64,000 nucleotides of DNA from Albugo candida (Eukaryota), in the NCBI GenBank assembly GCA_040437565.1, contig JBDOQK010000020.1, forward strand, positions 372,001 to 436,000, given 5' to 3'. The notes beneath the pieces are model-generated. The model searched no databases, had not been told where the DNA came from, and saw only the letters and a program-made list of their open reading frames with translations. Made by a program: the position numbers and the translations under genes. Shown piece by piece: positions 40,037 through 51,649 of the stretch. Within the stretch, counting starts at the first letter, position 1. Each line of letters opens with the position of its first letter.

Positions 40037-40804
40037 ATGTTGGATCGAAACACGAAACTGAGTTTAAGTGCCGCAAGTTTTTTCTTTGCATGTGCAAGTC
40101 AAAGCGTAAGTGGAAATATTCAGATGAATGGCCTCACACAGCAATCATTCCTCCGCTCTCGCCAGCTTGATGCTATTGGTGAGGATGGTGGTATACAAAT
40201 AGGCTTCACACCTGACAGCAGCCTGATGGTATACATCCCTTCACGTTTTATTATAAACGCATTGAATCAACAGCAGACTACTACAGAAGGGACTACAGAG
40301 GGAAACACTCAAGAAACTACTGTTGCAACTAATGGCGCTGGTCCTAATCAAGAAAGCCTGTATGAAAATCAAAATACTCAAGGTGGTGGTCAAGGTGGTG
40401 GTGAAAATGGTGAAGGCGGAGGTCAAGGTGGGAGTCAAGGGAATAACAATTATCTGCCTGAAAAAACAGAAAACACTGAAGGTGGTGCACCAGTATCGCT
40501 TCTAACTACACAAGATACTACTACTACTGGAAAACAAACTACTGCTAATGGTGGAACTCCATCAGGCAGTGTGAACGGCTTTGATAACACTGGACTATTA
40601 AAAGAGGGAAAAGTAAATAGCCAACTGTCTACTCTGCCTCCGGACAGCGATAAGACTACCGCACCAGTTACCGAGGGTCCTCCTGAAAACAATACTGGGG
40701 GGTCCACATCGCCTACTGGGAGTCCTTCCACATCGCCTACTGGGAGTCCTTCCACATCGCCTACTGCGGGTCCTAACTCATCCTCCGGGGACGAGAATCA
40801 ATGA
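40037..40804 (+). CDS. Putative secreted Thr/Gly/Ser-rich (mucin-like) protein
   Basis: Signal-like LSLSAASFFFACASQSVSG, then FLRSRQL, then low-complexity G/Q/T tracts. Intronless. Confidence 0.7.
   Translation: MLDRNTKLSLSAASFFFACASQSVSGNIQMNGLTQQSFLRSRQLDAIGEDGGIQIGFTPDSSLMVYIPSRFIINALNQQQTTTEGTTEGNTQETTVATNGAGPNQESLYENQNTQGGGQGGGENGEGGGQGGSQGNNNYLPEKTENTEGGAPVSLLTTQDTTTTGKQTTANGGTPSGSVNGFDNTGLLKEGKVNSQLSTLPPDSDKTTAPVTEGPPENNTGGSTSPTGSPSTSPTGSPSTSPTAGPNSSSGDENQ
40701..40766 (+). repeat. 24-nt coding tandem repeat (STSPTGSP, ~2.7 copies)
   Basis: tccacatcgcctactgggagtcct repeated. Confidence 0.85.
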
Positions 40805-41033
40805 AGAGGGACTGATCATCTCCCACAGGATATATACCACAAATCTTTGCACTGCAAAAGGTGGAAACTATCAGAAACCTGCAAACAAACGTCTCATTGC
40901 TCTTTTTCTTTATAATACATTTNNNNNNNNNNNNNNNNNNNNNNNNNNNNNNNNNNNNNNNNNNNNNNNNNNNNNNNNNNNNNNNNNNNNNNNNNNNNNN
41001 NNNNNNNNNNNNNNNNNNNNNNATATCGAGACC

Positions 41034-41537
41034 TTGCGAGAGATCTTAGGACTCATACATCAGCTCTTTAGTGAGATCAAAGGATTGAACACAAGGGCTC
41101 CACTACAGCTCAGTTCAATTTTGTTCTCTCACGACAACAGCGCATCACAATGGGCTTCGGTCGATTCAATACCGTGCCCAACGCAGGATGCGTCAAATCC
41201 TTCAGTTATAACTGAAAAGGATGACACCATGGAAATCAACAGCACACAGGAATATATTGGTGACGTACAGGACTCTACTCTACTGGATACCAAGACGGCA
41301 TCGAACTCGAAACTCTATCATTCGTGTTTTCCGGAAGATAACTTGGATTCGTACTCCAGAATCACTTCATTAAATGCTCAGTACATCAAACTTAGTGAAA
41401 AATTGCTCAAACAAATTCGACGGGGCGGGAACGAAATGCGGGAAGATACAGCAAACACTGATCAGGCCTCATTGGACAATCGCAATAGTGTGGAAACACT
41501 TCGCTGTCAACGTGATCGACTTCGCAAGGTTACTTAG
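41034..41537 (+). CDS. Hypothetical protein fragment following gap (5' missing; may splice further 3')
   Basis: 167-codon open frame directly after gap 40923-41022 with a coiled-coil-like end. No family recognised. Confidence 0.4.
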   Translation: MREILGLIHQLFSEIKGLNTRAPLQLSSILFSHDNSASQWASVDSIPCPTQDASNPSVITEKDDTMEINSTQEYIGDVQDSTLLDTKTASNSKLYHSCFPEDNLDSYSRITSLNAQYIKLSEKLLKQIRRGGNEMREDTANTDQASLDNRNSVETLRCQRDRLRKVT

Positions 41538-41887
41538 CAACCTCCATGCTCGTTTTTGAAGCTGATTGATGATTTTTGTATGCTGGATAGGAAGTATATG
41601 ATCGCAATTTGGTGTTGAAAAATCTTATTGTTCGGCTGAGACGTTTTGAGCGATCCCTGCTGATTGTTGATTCATTATCAATGGGTCAAAATGCTGGCGT
41701 CATGGAGCGTGTCTGAGTCATCTGAACGCAATCGTGTATCCTTGAAGAAGTGTGTTCCGGTAGAATCCCTCTGAAATTGGCACAGAAAACGCTAATACAT
41801 CACCGCCGTAGTTTCCGCACTCTAAATGACACCTTGAATATATTTGGTCTTCCAATTTACATATACCAATCTGAGAGGCCATCTTGA

Positions 41888-44284
41888 CTACTGTTTTGCA
41901 GAATCACGATCGTCTGGGATTCCCGTGCAAGTATTTGGTGTGTCTAGCCCCGTTACGTATTCTGTTTCAGAATCACCAGCTTGTTGTTGCGGAGTCTCCA
42001 CGCTGCATTTATTGCTAGAAAAGATCGAGTTTGCACCCATGAGCCTCCCAAAGCCTCTTCTGGAAACAGCTGGATTGTCGAGGCTAGCAGTCGCGATATT
42101 GTTCTGTGGTGAGACCACCTGCGAAGAAGCATTCGTCCGTATGCTAGATTCAAATCTATTTTCGCTTGATCTTGTACCTATAACTTCTAATTCATCATCC
42201 ACTTCTGCCTCAATCAGCTCCTCATCAATCTTCTGGCTGGCTGAAACATCAGAATAATGAGCCATTCCTGCATCCCCGCTTTTGTCGATTTTGGTGTCAG
42301 CAGTACGCTTCCGAAATGGGCCAACATTGCCACACCATCGCCATCTTGCCTTCTGTATTTCAAAAATTATATAGCAGATAATGTGAATGAAAGCGTCAAT
42401 TTGGCAGAGCAGCCATTTATATCGACTCAGATTGGATGTACACTTACCGATATCTCTCTTTCTCGTGCCAGCTTCAGCTTTCGCTTGCGTACAATGTAGT
42501 CATACGTTGTGAGATGTCTAAAAGCTACGCACAAAACGATGAGCGTGAGAAGCTGAACAAGGTGGCTCCTTACCAAGCATCAAATGGAAGCATGTTAGTT
42601 GACATATCAGGAACCATAGCGGCAATAAAATTCCAATCAAAATTCCATGGACGATTTTGGTGGCGTGTAAAGGAAAGCGGTAAGAAGAACATGACGATTC
42701 CATATCACGACTCACGGAGCATCCAAAAGCTTTTCCTGCTACAGAAGAATTTCAACATGATTGTTCTAGTATCAGTAACCGACTCGTGTGCGAAATCACC
42801 TCGTCTTTGGATCAATTGTGGCTCGGCAAAGGCTTTATACAAAACATAGATTGATAAGGAAAGCTGTATACTGAGAATAAAAGACGTTCCGAGAATTGCA
42901 ATACTGAATGAAAAATAGTTTTTTTGACCAATGCAATTATTGAGCCATTTGCAATGATGATCGAATACTTGGATGCACTTATCGCACAGACGACAATGAC
43001 GGCTACCATCTTGACTACCATTAGGCGATATTTGTCAAAACATCTATGACTTGTGCATCACAAATCACGTACACATAGTGCATACAGACATTGCAGTAAA
43101 CTTGATTCTCGTTCGTGGGCTGAGGAGTAGACATTTGCTGCAAAAAAGTATCAAACTGTGCGTTCATTTCGACTAAATGTACAAGAAAAATGCATGATAC
43201 CGATGGGCGCAAAATCGAATTGTCCGCNNNNNNNNNNNNNNNNNNNNNNNNNNNNNNNNNNNNNNNNNNNNNNNNNNNNNNNNNNNNNNNNNNNNNNNNN
43301 NNNNNNNNNNNNNNNNNNNNNNNNNNNGCACAAAACGATGAGCGTGAGAAGCTGAACAAGGTGGCTCCTTACCAAGCATCAAATGGAAGCATGTTAGTTG
43401 ACATATCAGGAACCATAGCGGCAATAAAATTCCAATCAAAATTCCATGGACGATTTTGGTGGCGTGTAAAGGAAAGCGGTAAGAAGAACATGACGATTCC
43501 ATATCACGACTCACGGAGCATCCAAAAGCTTTTCCTGCTACAGAAGAATTTCAACATGATTGTTCTAGTATCAGTAACCGACTCGTGTGCGAAATCACCT
43601 CGTCTTTGGATCAATTGTGGCTCGGCAAAGGCTTTATACAAAACATAGATTGATAAGGAAAGCTGTATACTGAGAATAAAAGACGTTCCGAGAATTGCAA
43701 TACTGAATGAAAAATAGTTTTTTTGACCAATGCAATTATTGAGCCATTTGCAATGATGATCGAATACTTGGATGCACTTATCGCACAGACGACAATGACG
43801 GCTACCATCTTGACTACCATTAGGCGATATTTGTCAAAACATCTATGACTTGTGCATCACAAATCACGTACACATAGTGCATACAGACATTGCAGTAAAC
43901 TTGATTCTCGTTCGTGGGCTGAGGAGTAGACATTTGCTGCAAAAAAGTATCAAACTGTGCGTTCATTTCGACTAAATGTACAAGAAAAATGCATGATACC
44001 GATGGGCGCAAAATCGAATTGTCCGCAGGGTCGATCGATGTGCAATGATATACCGACAGCACGATTCCAAGCGCCACGATGCCGTATATCTGTTGAATAC
44101 GAGCATTCTCAAACCTCGAGTCCATGTCAATTGAGTGTGAACTTACGGCACTGAATATAATACTCGTTTTGATATGCAAAAAAGGTGTGATGAAAGCATA
44201 AAAGCTTATCAATATGACCGGAAACACGATCCAAGTTGCGAATTGTAATTTGTGCATAGGAGCTTGCCATCCATTCGTTCGCAT
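41888..44284 (-). CDS. DHHC palmitoyltransferase (ZDHHC1/11-like), multi-exon; 42529-43227 duplicated at 43328-44026 across gap
   Basis: [10 protein letters not shown]-terminus, TM helices and IDPAD. YCNVC is followed by a spliced exon [30 protein letters not shown] (~43710-43805, minus strand). 3' end approximate. Confidence 0.9.
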
Positions 44285-46565
44285 TCTGAGGGACTATGCC
44301 TCTCACCAGACCTTTTTGCAGTAGAATATCGCTATCAATTGTAGGGAGTATCGACTTTGTTATCACGTATTGCGCTTAGTTATGAGTTTTGCAGGATACT
44401 GAACGTCGAATCGAGAAACGATCGATTCAATTTACAACCAATCAGAGGTTCATTCTCGAATAGATCAAAACATTACTTTGAAGCAAAATTGTCTCAAGTC
44501 AGAAATAAACATCGCAATTATCTCAGCTGTGTCGACAGAAATTGAGTAGATAAAGACTGCAAGTTATTCCGTTGAATGGAGCCATTCATCAATGTGCGTT
44601 GGCCGTACTGAGATAAGGGGACGTAGAGGGACTTTTGAATCGGACAAACAATCACCGAAATGAGCGTTGGGTTCATTCACTGTGGCAATTGTACAACGAC
44701 TGGAATTACTTCAAAATATCTAAGTGTATTAGATAAAGTCACGAAATATGATGGATGCATATCACAAAGGCTGAATTCTGATTTTATAATCAACATAATC
44801 ACTGAGCAGCAACGCTTGACTTAGTACTGGCGATGATATGCGAAATTGAAAACTGAGCACTGGAATGGTTGGGGACATCAGATCAAGTAGCTCCAATCGG
44901 GCCCAGTGGTGAGACAAAGTCTCTTTTTTGCAAGTACCTGTACGATATATCTTTTATATACTGAAAGAGGAGTTTATATCGTCTTGTATTCATGGAATTA
45001 TCTGCGATTACAGCACAAATTGTGGTTTCGAGAGGCAAGTAGATCACGAAAGTGCCAGGTTTTTCGAAAGTGTTTGCAGATCTGTGCGTACAAATGTCAT
45101 GCCTTCTTTTCGACTGGAAGAAAAAGATTCGCCGAACGTTAGTACGTGGGATGCGAGCAGATTAAGGTTGTATATCAGTGCTAATGATATCTATGACGTG
45201 AATCAAAGGGTCAGAGAAGTAGGGTTTGTATGTACATCAACGAAACATCGGACATGCACTGCGTTTTTTACAAGAGAGATATTATGCAACATGACAAAAT
45301 GACGAATGATTTTAATCAGAACGCTCTCGTTAACTAACGATACTGCATCGACAGCTTGTACAAGTCATCGATCGGCCAAAGCTGAGTAAGTGGAGCGATA
45401 TATGAAGAGCGAGCGTGCTATACGGAAGCATTGCAGGGCTATATAGATGAAGTCGCGCTACATTTCGTCAAAAGGGGTCAACTTGTTGATTTGTTCCCCA
45501 AGCCAACCTCTACCACTCATTTTCGATGAAGTATATGCAAGTCTTGATGGATTTCTCCTCTATCAATTCGACTCGATCAATAAACAGAATGTGGTTATCG
45601 CACTGACTGTGTACATCACATTGATCAATGATGCTCCATGTACTTCTTCGGAATAACCAAATAAGATGACATTACTGTACAGCCACAGCCAAGAGTGCCA
45701 TCAACATCAAAGGGTGTGACACAAGCGGAAGCTGAAACTGGGGTGGTGACTCTGTTTACTACAAACGAGCTGCTTGGTGTACTATTTGGTGCCGGCTACA
45801 GGTCCGACGGCAAGGCCACCCAATTGCTACATGTAGTCTTCCGTCAGTAGAAGAAAACACCGAATGTTTTGCTGTCGTCAGAAACTTCTCTCAAGAGCGT
45901 ATACAATAGTGCTCCAAGTGTCAAAAACTCAAGTGGTATCGATCACATCGATACATCTGAAGCACGCATCTGCATGCAACAATGCGTTGCAAGTCTGGCT
46001 GAGGAGGTAATCAATAACGAGTCATCCAGAGCTTGCTAGCTTGTAGGGGAGCAGTCAACTACTGGATTTTGATCACCTGAACAGTAACGTCGTTACAATC
46101 CGACCATGTGACGGATGTCATCTCGTGTAACCCACGTTCTCTTCTTTGCCAAATCCTCTCAGATTAAAATGCGATGCCGAATAGACCTCACCTTCTATAT
46201 ATCAAACCTAATCGAGCAATAGCTCAATCTGCATGTGGGTTCTACCTCGGACAGCGACAATTACTTTTCCCCCATTTCTGTATGCCACGCGCGCGGTCGC
46301 TATGAACAGTTAAAGCAATCGATAACAGTAGAATCTTAGACGGACTTTTGTATCAGAAAGGAAGAGAATTTAGTTTATTATCTCGATTATGAATTTGGTG
46401 AACGGTAGTCACTACAAAGCTAAATACTGTCATGAAATCATTTCAATGGTCCACCGTGTGATCGCGTTCGAAGTATCGTCACATTCGACCGGATTTTGTA
46501 GGATTGTTCACATCGTCTGATCCATTCCGTTGTAAAGGTATTTAATCTGACTACAACAACGTCAA

Positions 46566-47276
46566 ATGGGAGCATCGATTACAATCATGAACGATACTGG
46601 AAAAGACTGGCGCTGTCTTTTATCTCCTGACCATAAAGCCTTGGGAATTGCCAGTGTGGTTTCTCTAATCATCTCAATTGTCTCAACGATTGTATACACT
46701 GGAGCGATCATCTATCCGTGGATTGAAGCCATGTCAGCTGCAGGAAGAGCAAAGTGGATAGGAGTATCTGTTGGCACGTGGCGAGGTTTCACTACCGCCA
46801 TGTTACCGTTCGCTAATACGGCAGCAGGTATTGGTGCTGTTTCCACGTTCTCTGTCTGTGTAGCACGAGCAATAAATGAATTACTGGATACGCGCGGATA
46901 TGTCATTATTCCTGCAGGTGGCTACCATCGATTTGATCCCATGGGGCCATGGCTTTGGCAACAGGGAACTTGTGTAAATGTTTCGGCAACAAATGCCACC
47001 AATGTTCACACAGAAACAATTTGCATGCGACCAATTTTCAGCGGATCCATCTTTCATCACGAACGGAGATATGGAATTCAGTCATGGATAGACAAAAAAG
47101 GAACGGTTGGGAGTGATTACAGAGCTTTCTCAAACAGCAGTACAGGAACCCCACAAACGCAACAAAATAGTTTGATTCCACGGTTCAAGTCCGCCTCTGC
47201 ATCATTCACCAAAATCGATGAGCCGCCCAGCGTTTTATCTAATCGCGACGATGCTCTTTTCGACAGGATTAGATAG
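46566..47276 (+). CDS. Hypothetical protein with internal hydrophobic Gly/Ala-rich segments
   Basis: Intronless 236-aa ORF starting MGASITIMNDT, with two or three hydrophobic helices and a WLWQQGTC..MRPIFSG block. Confidence 0.75.
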   Translation: MGASITIMNDTGKDWRCLLSPDHKALGIASVVSLIISIVSTIVYTGAIIYPWIEAMSAAGRAKWIGVSVGTWRGFTTAMLPFANTAAGIGAVSTFSVCVARAINELLDTRGYVIIPAGGYHRFDPMGPWLWQQGTCVNVSATNATNVHTETICMRPIFSGSIFHHERRYGIQSWIDKKGTVGSDYRAFSNSSTGTPQTQQNSLIPRFKSASASFTKIDEPPSVLSNRDDALFDRIR

Positions 47277-47517
47277 TGAGGATTCCTGCCGCTCTTTGCG
47301 ATCTAAAATCATTATAATATTGAAATTAATCCTCGAGTTCACAGCCTTCACATTATGCATGAAATGGTACGCTGCCCAGAGTTGTTTTATGATTCCGATT
47401 GGTAGTTCAGGCTTTATTGGCTGCGTGCATCCTGATCACTTCTCCAACATTATTATTGTTGGGCACTTGTAAGTAATACACATCTTCCGATTCACTATAG
47501 TGTCTGCGTGTACATAC

Positions 47518-49127
47518 TCATTTAGCTGACGGCAAGTGTTCTTTGTCCCCACACTCGGCAAGCCACTCTTTGCAAAGTATAAAGATGTAACCCTCAATTG
47601 CATGCAAGCTTTCTTTACGAAGTAAGACTGGCTCCTGCGTAACGATTCGGAACCCTGTCTGCCGCGAGAGCTGTGTGATGTACGCAATTGAATGCTGAAA
47701 TCGTCCGGAAGTCGCAAGTTTGACCCCATCAGTTCCAACTGAAAGAACTTCAATGGAGAAAATAAGCCATCCACCATTCTCAAGCGCGTTATGACATAAT
47801 GCGAAAGTTTCTTCCAATACGCCTACATAGATCCATACATCTGCAGCGACGATGAGCTGCAATCCGTTTGGGATCTGTTTCTGTAAATACGGAACAAGAC
47901 TGGTTTCTTGAGAAAGCCAGCATCAATCAAGTGCGTCTTCACTTGAAAAAGATACACAATACCTTGCAAATCATCGTAGACACCTGTAGCCCGAGCTTTC
48001 CAAATCATTTTTGAAGATAGGTCGACCTACAAAAGATACTTTAATCAACATCCAGGCACCCAATTTCCATAAAGCATACCCCGATAAGTCTAGATGCAAA
48101 CCTTCTAAGGAGCTTTCCACACAAACCAGTACCACAACCAACATCCAAAATGCAGAGTTTTTGCGAAGCTACCTTTGGCTCATGTTTCAACAAAACATCC
48201 ACAAGCAACCATGGTACTCGATATTCAAGATGATTGACTAATTTATCATCAAAAGTATCGGCCAAATGGTCAAAGACATTCTGAACGTATTCAGGGGAGG
48301 CAGTTTTCGCAGTATTTGTCAATGATGCAAGCCAGTGCGCAGCATGTACGTGATGTGGACACTCCTGAACGATGTTCTCGTAAGCACGAATAACCGCTTG
48401 TGGTTCAAGTGAGTGACAGATTGACTTCAACACATTGTGCGCCACACTATCCTCATCGTCCATTTTGATGACACGCATCATGTAAGGGATTGAAAAGTAA
48501 TGCTCGTCCAAATTCTGTAAAGTAACACCAAAATTGAAGCTGATCTGCGAAGACATTTTCCAGCGAAAGAAAAGATGTGAAAATGATTGTGCTGCCTCCA
48601 AATAGCAGCCATCTCCAAACAGTTTGTTTGCATTGCTTATCTTCTGTTTCATTTCTTCATCATTTTCTTGCACTCGGTCAATACAGTGGATTGACTCTAA
48701 AATATGAAGAATCCTGCGGGACTCCAAGTGTTCTCGATCAACCATTCGTCCGACTTGATCGAAAATACAAATATGCGGAAGCACTGTGATACGAAAGTCC
48801 TTACAGAGTGTACGAAAAGCGCTGTTCAGAAACGAGATAAGACTCATGATTAGAAATGTTGACTTCTATTTGCAGATACCGAGCACTCAATCGAATCGAG
48901 CTATTTTTCTTTTCTCCGAGTATCCGCAAAAAAGGATCATCGATATGCAAAGTTGAAACTCCAGAAGCATGCTCAACGACGATGCGATAGAGCTGAAGGG
49001 ATATGTTTCTCCTGTTTGATTCCTCAATCTGATCGTCCACCTTGAGCATTATCTCATTGATAATTTCTGGAGAGATCCATTGAGCTGTCCATAAACACAC
49101 ATTAAAATGTGTATCGCGAGAATCCAT
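47518..49127 (-). CDS. TPR-containing class I SAM-dependent methyltransferase (COG4976-like), multi-exon
   Basis: TPR-like helices, YVQNVFDHLADTFDDKLVNHLEYRVP, motif I ILDVGCGTGLCG, ADVWIYVG, GGWLIFSIE and SGRFQHS. Confidence 0.85.
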
Positions 49128-49184
49128 ATTCGTCGTACTTTAAGATCGCATCTACTGATGTACTTATTGTCATCCGTCAAAAGC

Positions 49185-50148
49185 ATGCACTCGATTTTTC
49201 GTCGAGTGCTCTCACCAGCAATACCACAGCTGAGGCAATTCTGTACGTAACACGCATATCGTACGACATCTGCCGAAGTTGACGTTGACACTGTAGCGAA
49301 CAAGATCTATCCTTCTTTTACAGTTTACGAACCTGAAGCAGTGTTTCAGGTCGGACGTAAGACATCCATTCACTAGCTGTTATACTCAACCTGTTCATTT
49401 AGGTGTCTCCTATCCAGCCAGAATACGTTCAGCAATCAAACTATTTGAAGACGAAACGAGTGGTATGATAGTGAGACCGAAGAGTACACTTTAGCTAATC
49501 CTACAATCTATCTATGAAGGGCTCATTACTCTTGTCTTGGGCAAAACAACGCGATGGAAGCTACGATTACACAAAAAAATTGGTACTTTTGGCTTTAATT
49601 GATGCACTTGGAGATCCATCCCAATTTGCATTTTAGTACTTTGCACTTACGCCATCAGAAATCGGACTTGTTCTAGAAGTCCTGGATTCCAAAATTGGCG
49701 AAATAACTATCACGCATACTCCGAATCGAAATGATCAAACTGTTCAAACAACTGAGAGAATACTGAGAGTCTTTTCTCCACAATCTTCGAATAGCTCAAC
49801 TTCTCGTACAAAGTTTGAACTAGCCGGTGATTTTGATGCTACAACTACGCTCAGCACGGGCGAGACACGAGTTTTAAAGGTTTCGTGTATGGTAGTGAGA
49901 TTAAAAAGAGGATTCTGACGGAGTGTACTTGTTAGGAATTGCTCACATACTGTTTACCAAGATTGTATGGCTTTCATTCCGTACTGGAGGGCCCCTTGTA
50001 CGTACATTGTTGATCTCTTCGTACTTTGTGAGTCAAAATTCCGTGTCCTAGAAACATCGGAACGAGTTCTCCCCAATCCAATCAAAGTGGCAACCAGAAT
50101 CGACCGAGGAGTTCTCAGACATCTCAAGCTGGTGAATGGCCTTTTTAA
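49185..50148 (+). CDS. Whirly-like ssDNA-binding protein with probable mitochondrial presequence; 7 exons (49185-49242, 49297-49349, 49403-49462, 49520-49582, 49637-49879, 49936-49997, 50052-50148), 211 aa
   Basis: Six GT-AG introns of 53-57 nt give a continuous frame: MHSIFRRVLSPAIPQLRQFSNKIYPSFTVYEPEAVFQVSPIQPEY..KTKRVGSLLLSWAKQRDGSYDYTKKLYFALTPSEIGLVLE..STGETRVLKELLTYCLPRLYGF..AGEWPF. Confidence 0.8.
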
Positions 50149-50295
50149 GAGCAAGATGGAAGAGTTTGAGTCTAGCAAAAAAGAATATATCAACTTCACC
50201 AAAAAGGCGTGCAAGGCCCTTATCTAAAGCTTGATCTCCGACAATCTAGAGTCTGATGATTGGCCTGAACATGACTCATTGACTACTAATGACTT

Positions 50296-51409
50296 TTAAA
50301 ACGTGATTTGTGCTCCATAGCCAAATTTGAAATCACTTTTGGCTGGAAACGCTTCTGCGGCCAGTGTAAGTAGAAAGTTGGGTAAAACATGCGTTTCCAC
50401 ACTGGATGCAACGCGACCGGTCTGATCCAATGACATTGAGAGCCGGGAAGCGCCTATTTCGAATTGACCTCCCATTGTGGCATGCGATTCTCCACTATGA
50501 TGATTGTAGGTCAACTCGGAACCATATTTCATTCGGTGACCTTGGATCTTACGCAGATATTGCAGCTGTAAAGTTCCTCCAGCTCCGGCGGTGCCAGCCG
50601 CAACCCAGTCATCCGCCGTATATCGTGCACAATACGCTGCTACAACTTTAACGTGTTCCCCGTGGAAGTAAGCTTCCCCTCCTAGAGCCAAACGTTTCGT
50701 CAGACTTTGGAAATATGACACTCCATATAGAGGTCCATTCGCTATTTTCATATTACAGCAAAAGTCTCGACCCATGTAGTCTAGATCAGCGAGTACTTGG
50801 CTCTCACCACCTCCTCCTTCGGAGCGTGAAGAATTAGATGAGTCGGGCTTGAGTTGCCCCTTTACTCTTAGCTTCCAATTCGATGAAAGGCGTTGATTCC
50901 AACGAGCATCCAGGAATCCATCTGGTGTGATTTTGCTCATCAAAAATGTCGAAGGATCCATTGGGTCCTCTGCGACCACGTTCGCACCAAATTGATATAG
51001 ACCTCCTGGGATCATTGACGTTCCGAGTAATATGGAATGCGAAGTGGAGAACTTTTGCCCCAATATTCGTGTGAACTCGAATCGAAATCCATCGAAAACG
51101 TCCACACTCACTGGTCCTTTCAGCTCATTAAGAGCATTTTCATAAAGTCCAGGATTCGGTAACTGATCACGTTCCTTTTCTATTGACTCCACCTGCTCAA
51201 CGAGCACCGGAAGGTTGTCCAAAGAATGAGAAGCTTCGCCAAAATCCTAGTAGAAAAACATCAAATTTGCGCAAAAAGATTTCTCACGAGAAATTCTTCA
51301 AGCATACATTATTGGTTGAGCTTATAGCCAGCACTGGAAAGCGTTTTGAACTATACGGTTTCGATTGAGTTTCGTGCGAAGCAGCCGCTTTGCTCGAGAT
51401 CGCACCCAT
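50296..51409 (-). CDS. TOM40: Mitochondrial import receptor subunit TOM40; intron 51247-51307
   Basis: LPNPGLYE, FDGFRFEF..FSTSHS, YQFGAN, SYFQSLTKRLALGGE and C-terminal FKFGYG. A phase-0 intron links an MGAISSK exon. Confidence 0.9.
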
Positions 51410-51649
51410 TCTTGGATAGCTAATGGGTGACCACAACCAGGAATTGATACGGTATAACGATATCAACAAATTCCTAACCGGTATGGCAAGAAACGAAATA
51501 TTTCTTAATACATGTCTATTTTTGCGATTTCCTAATAGCAGTGGATGGCAAATATCGCAACATCAAGAAACAATGTATTGTAAGACAACGAACTTGGGCA
51601 TTCACCAAAGCAATATAAAGTCGCATGTATTGATTCTGCAGTTCGTCTT

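Noticed and set aside
44550-46100. Possible decayed gene or retroelement remnant
   Set aside because: Only short ORFs; no RT, integrase or transposase motifs and no terminal repeats recognised.
49954-50227. 86-aa ORFs on both strands in the ORF track
   Set aside because: Better explained as alternative frames over exons 6-7 of the Whirly-like gene.
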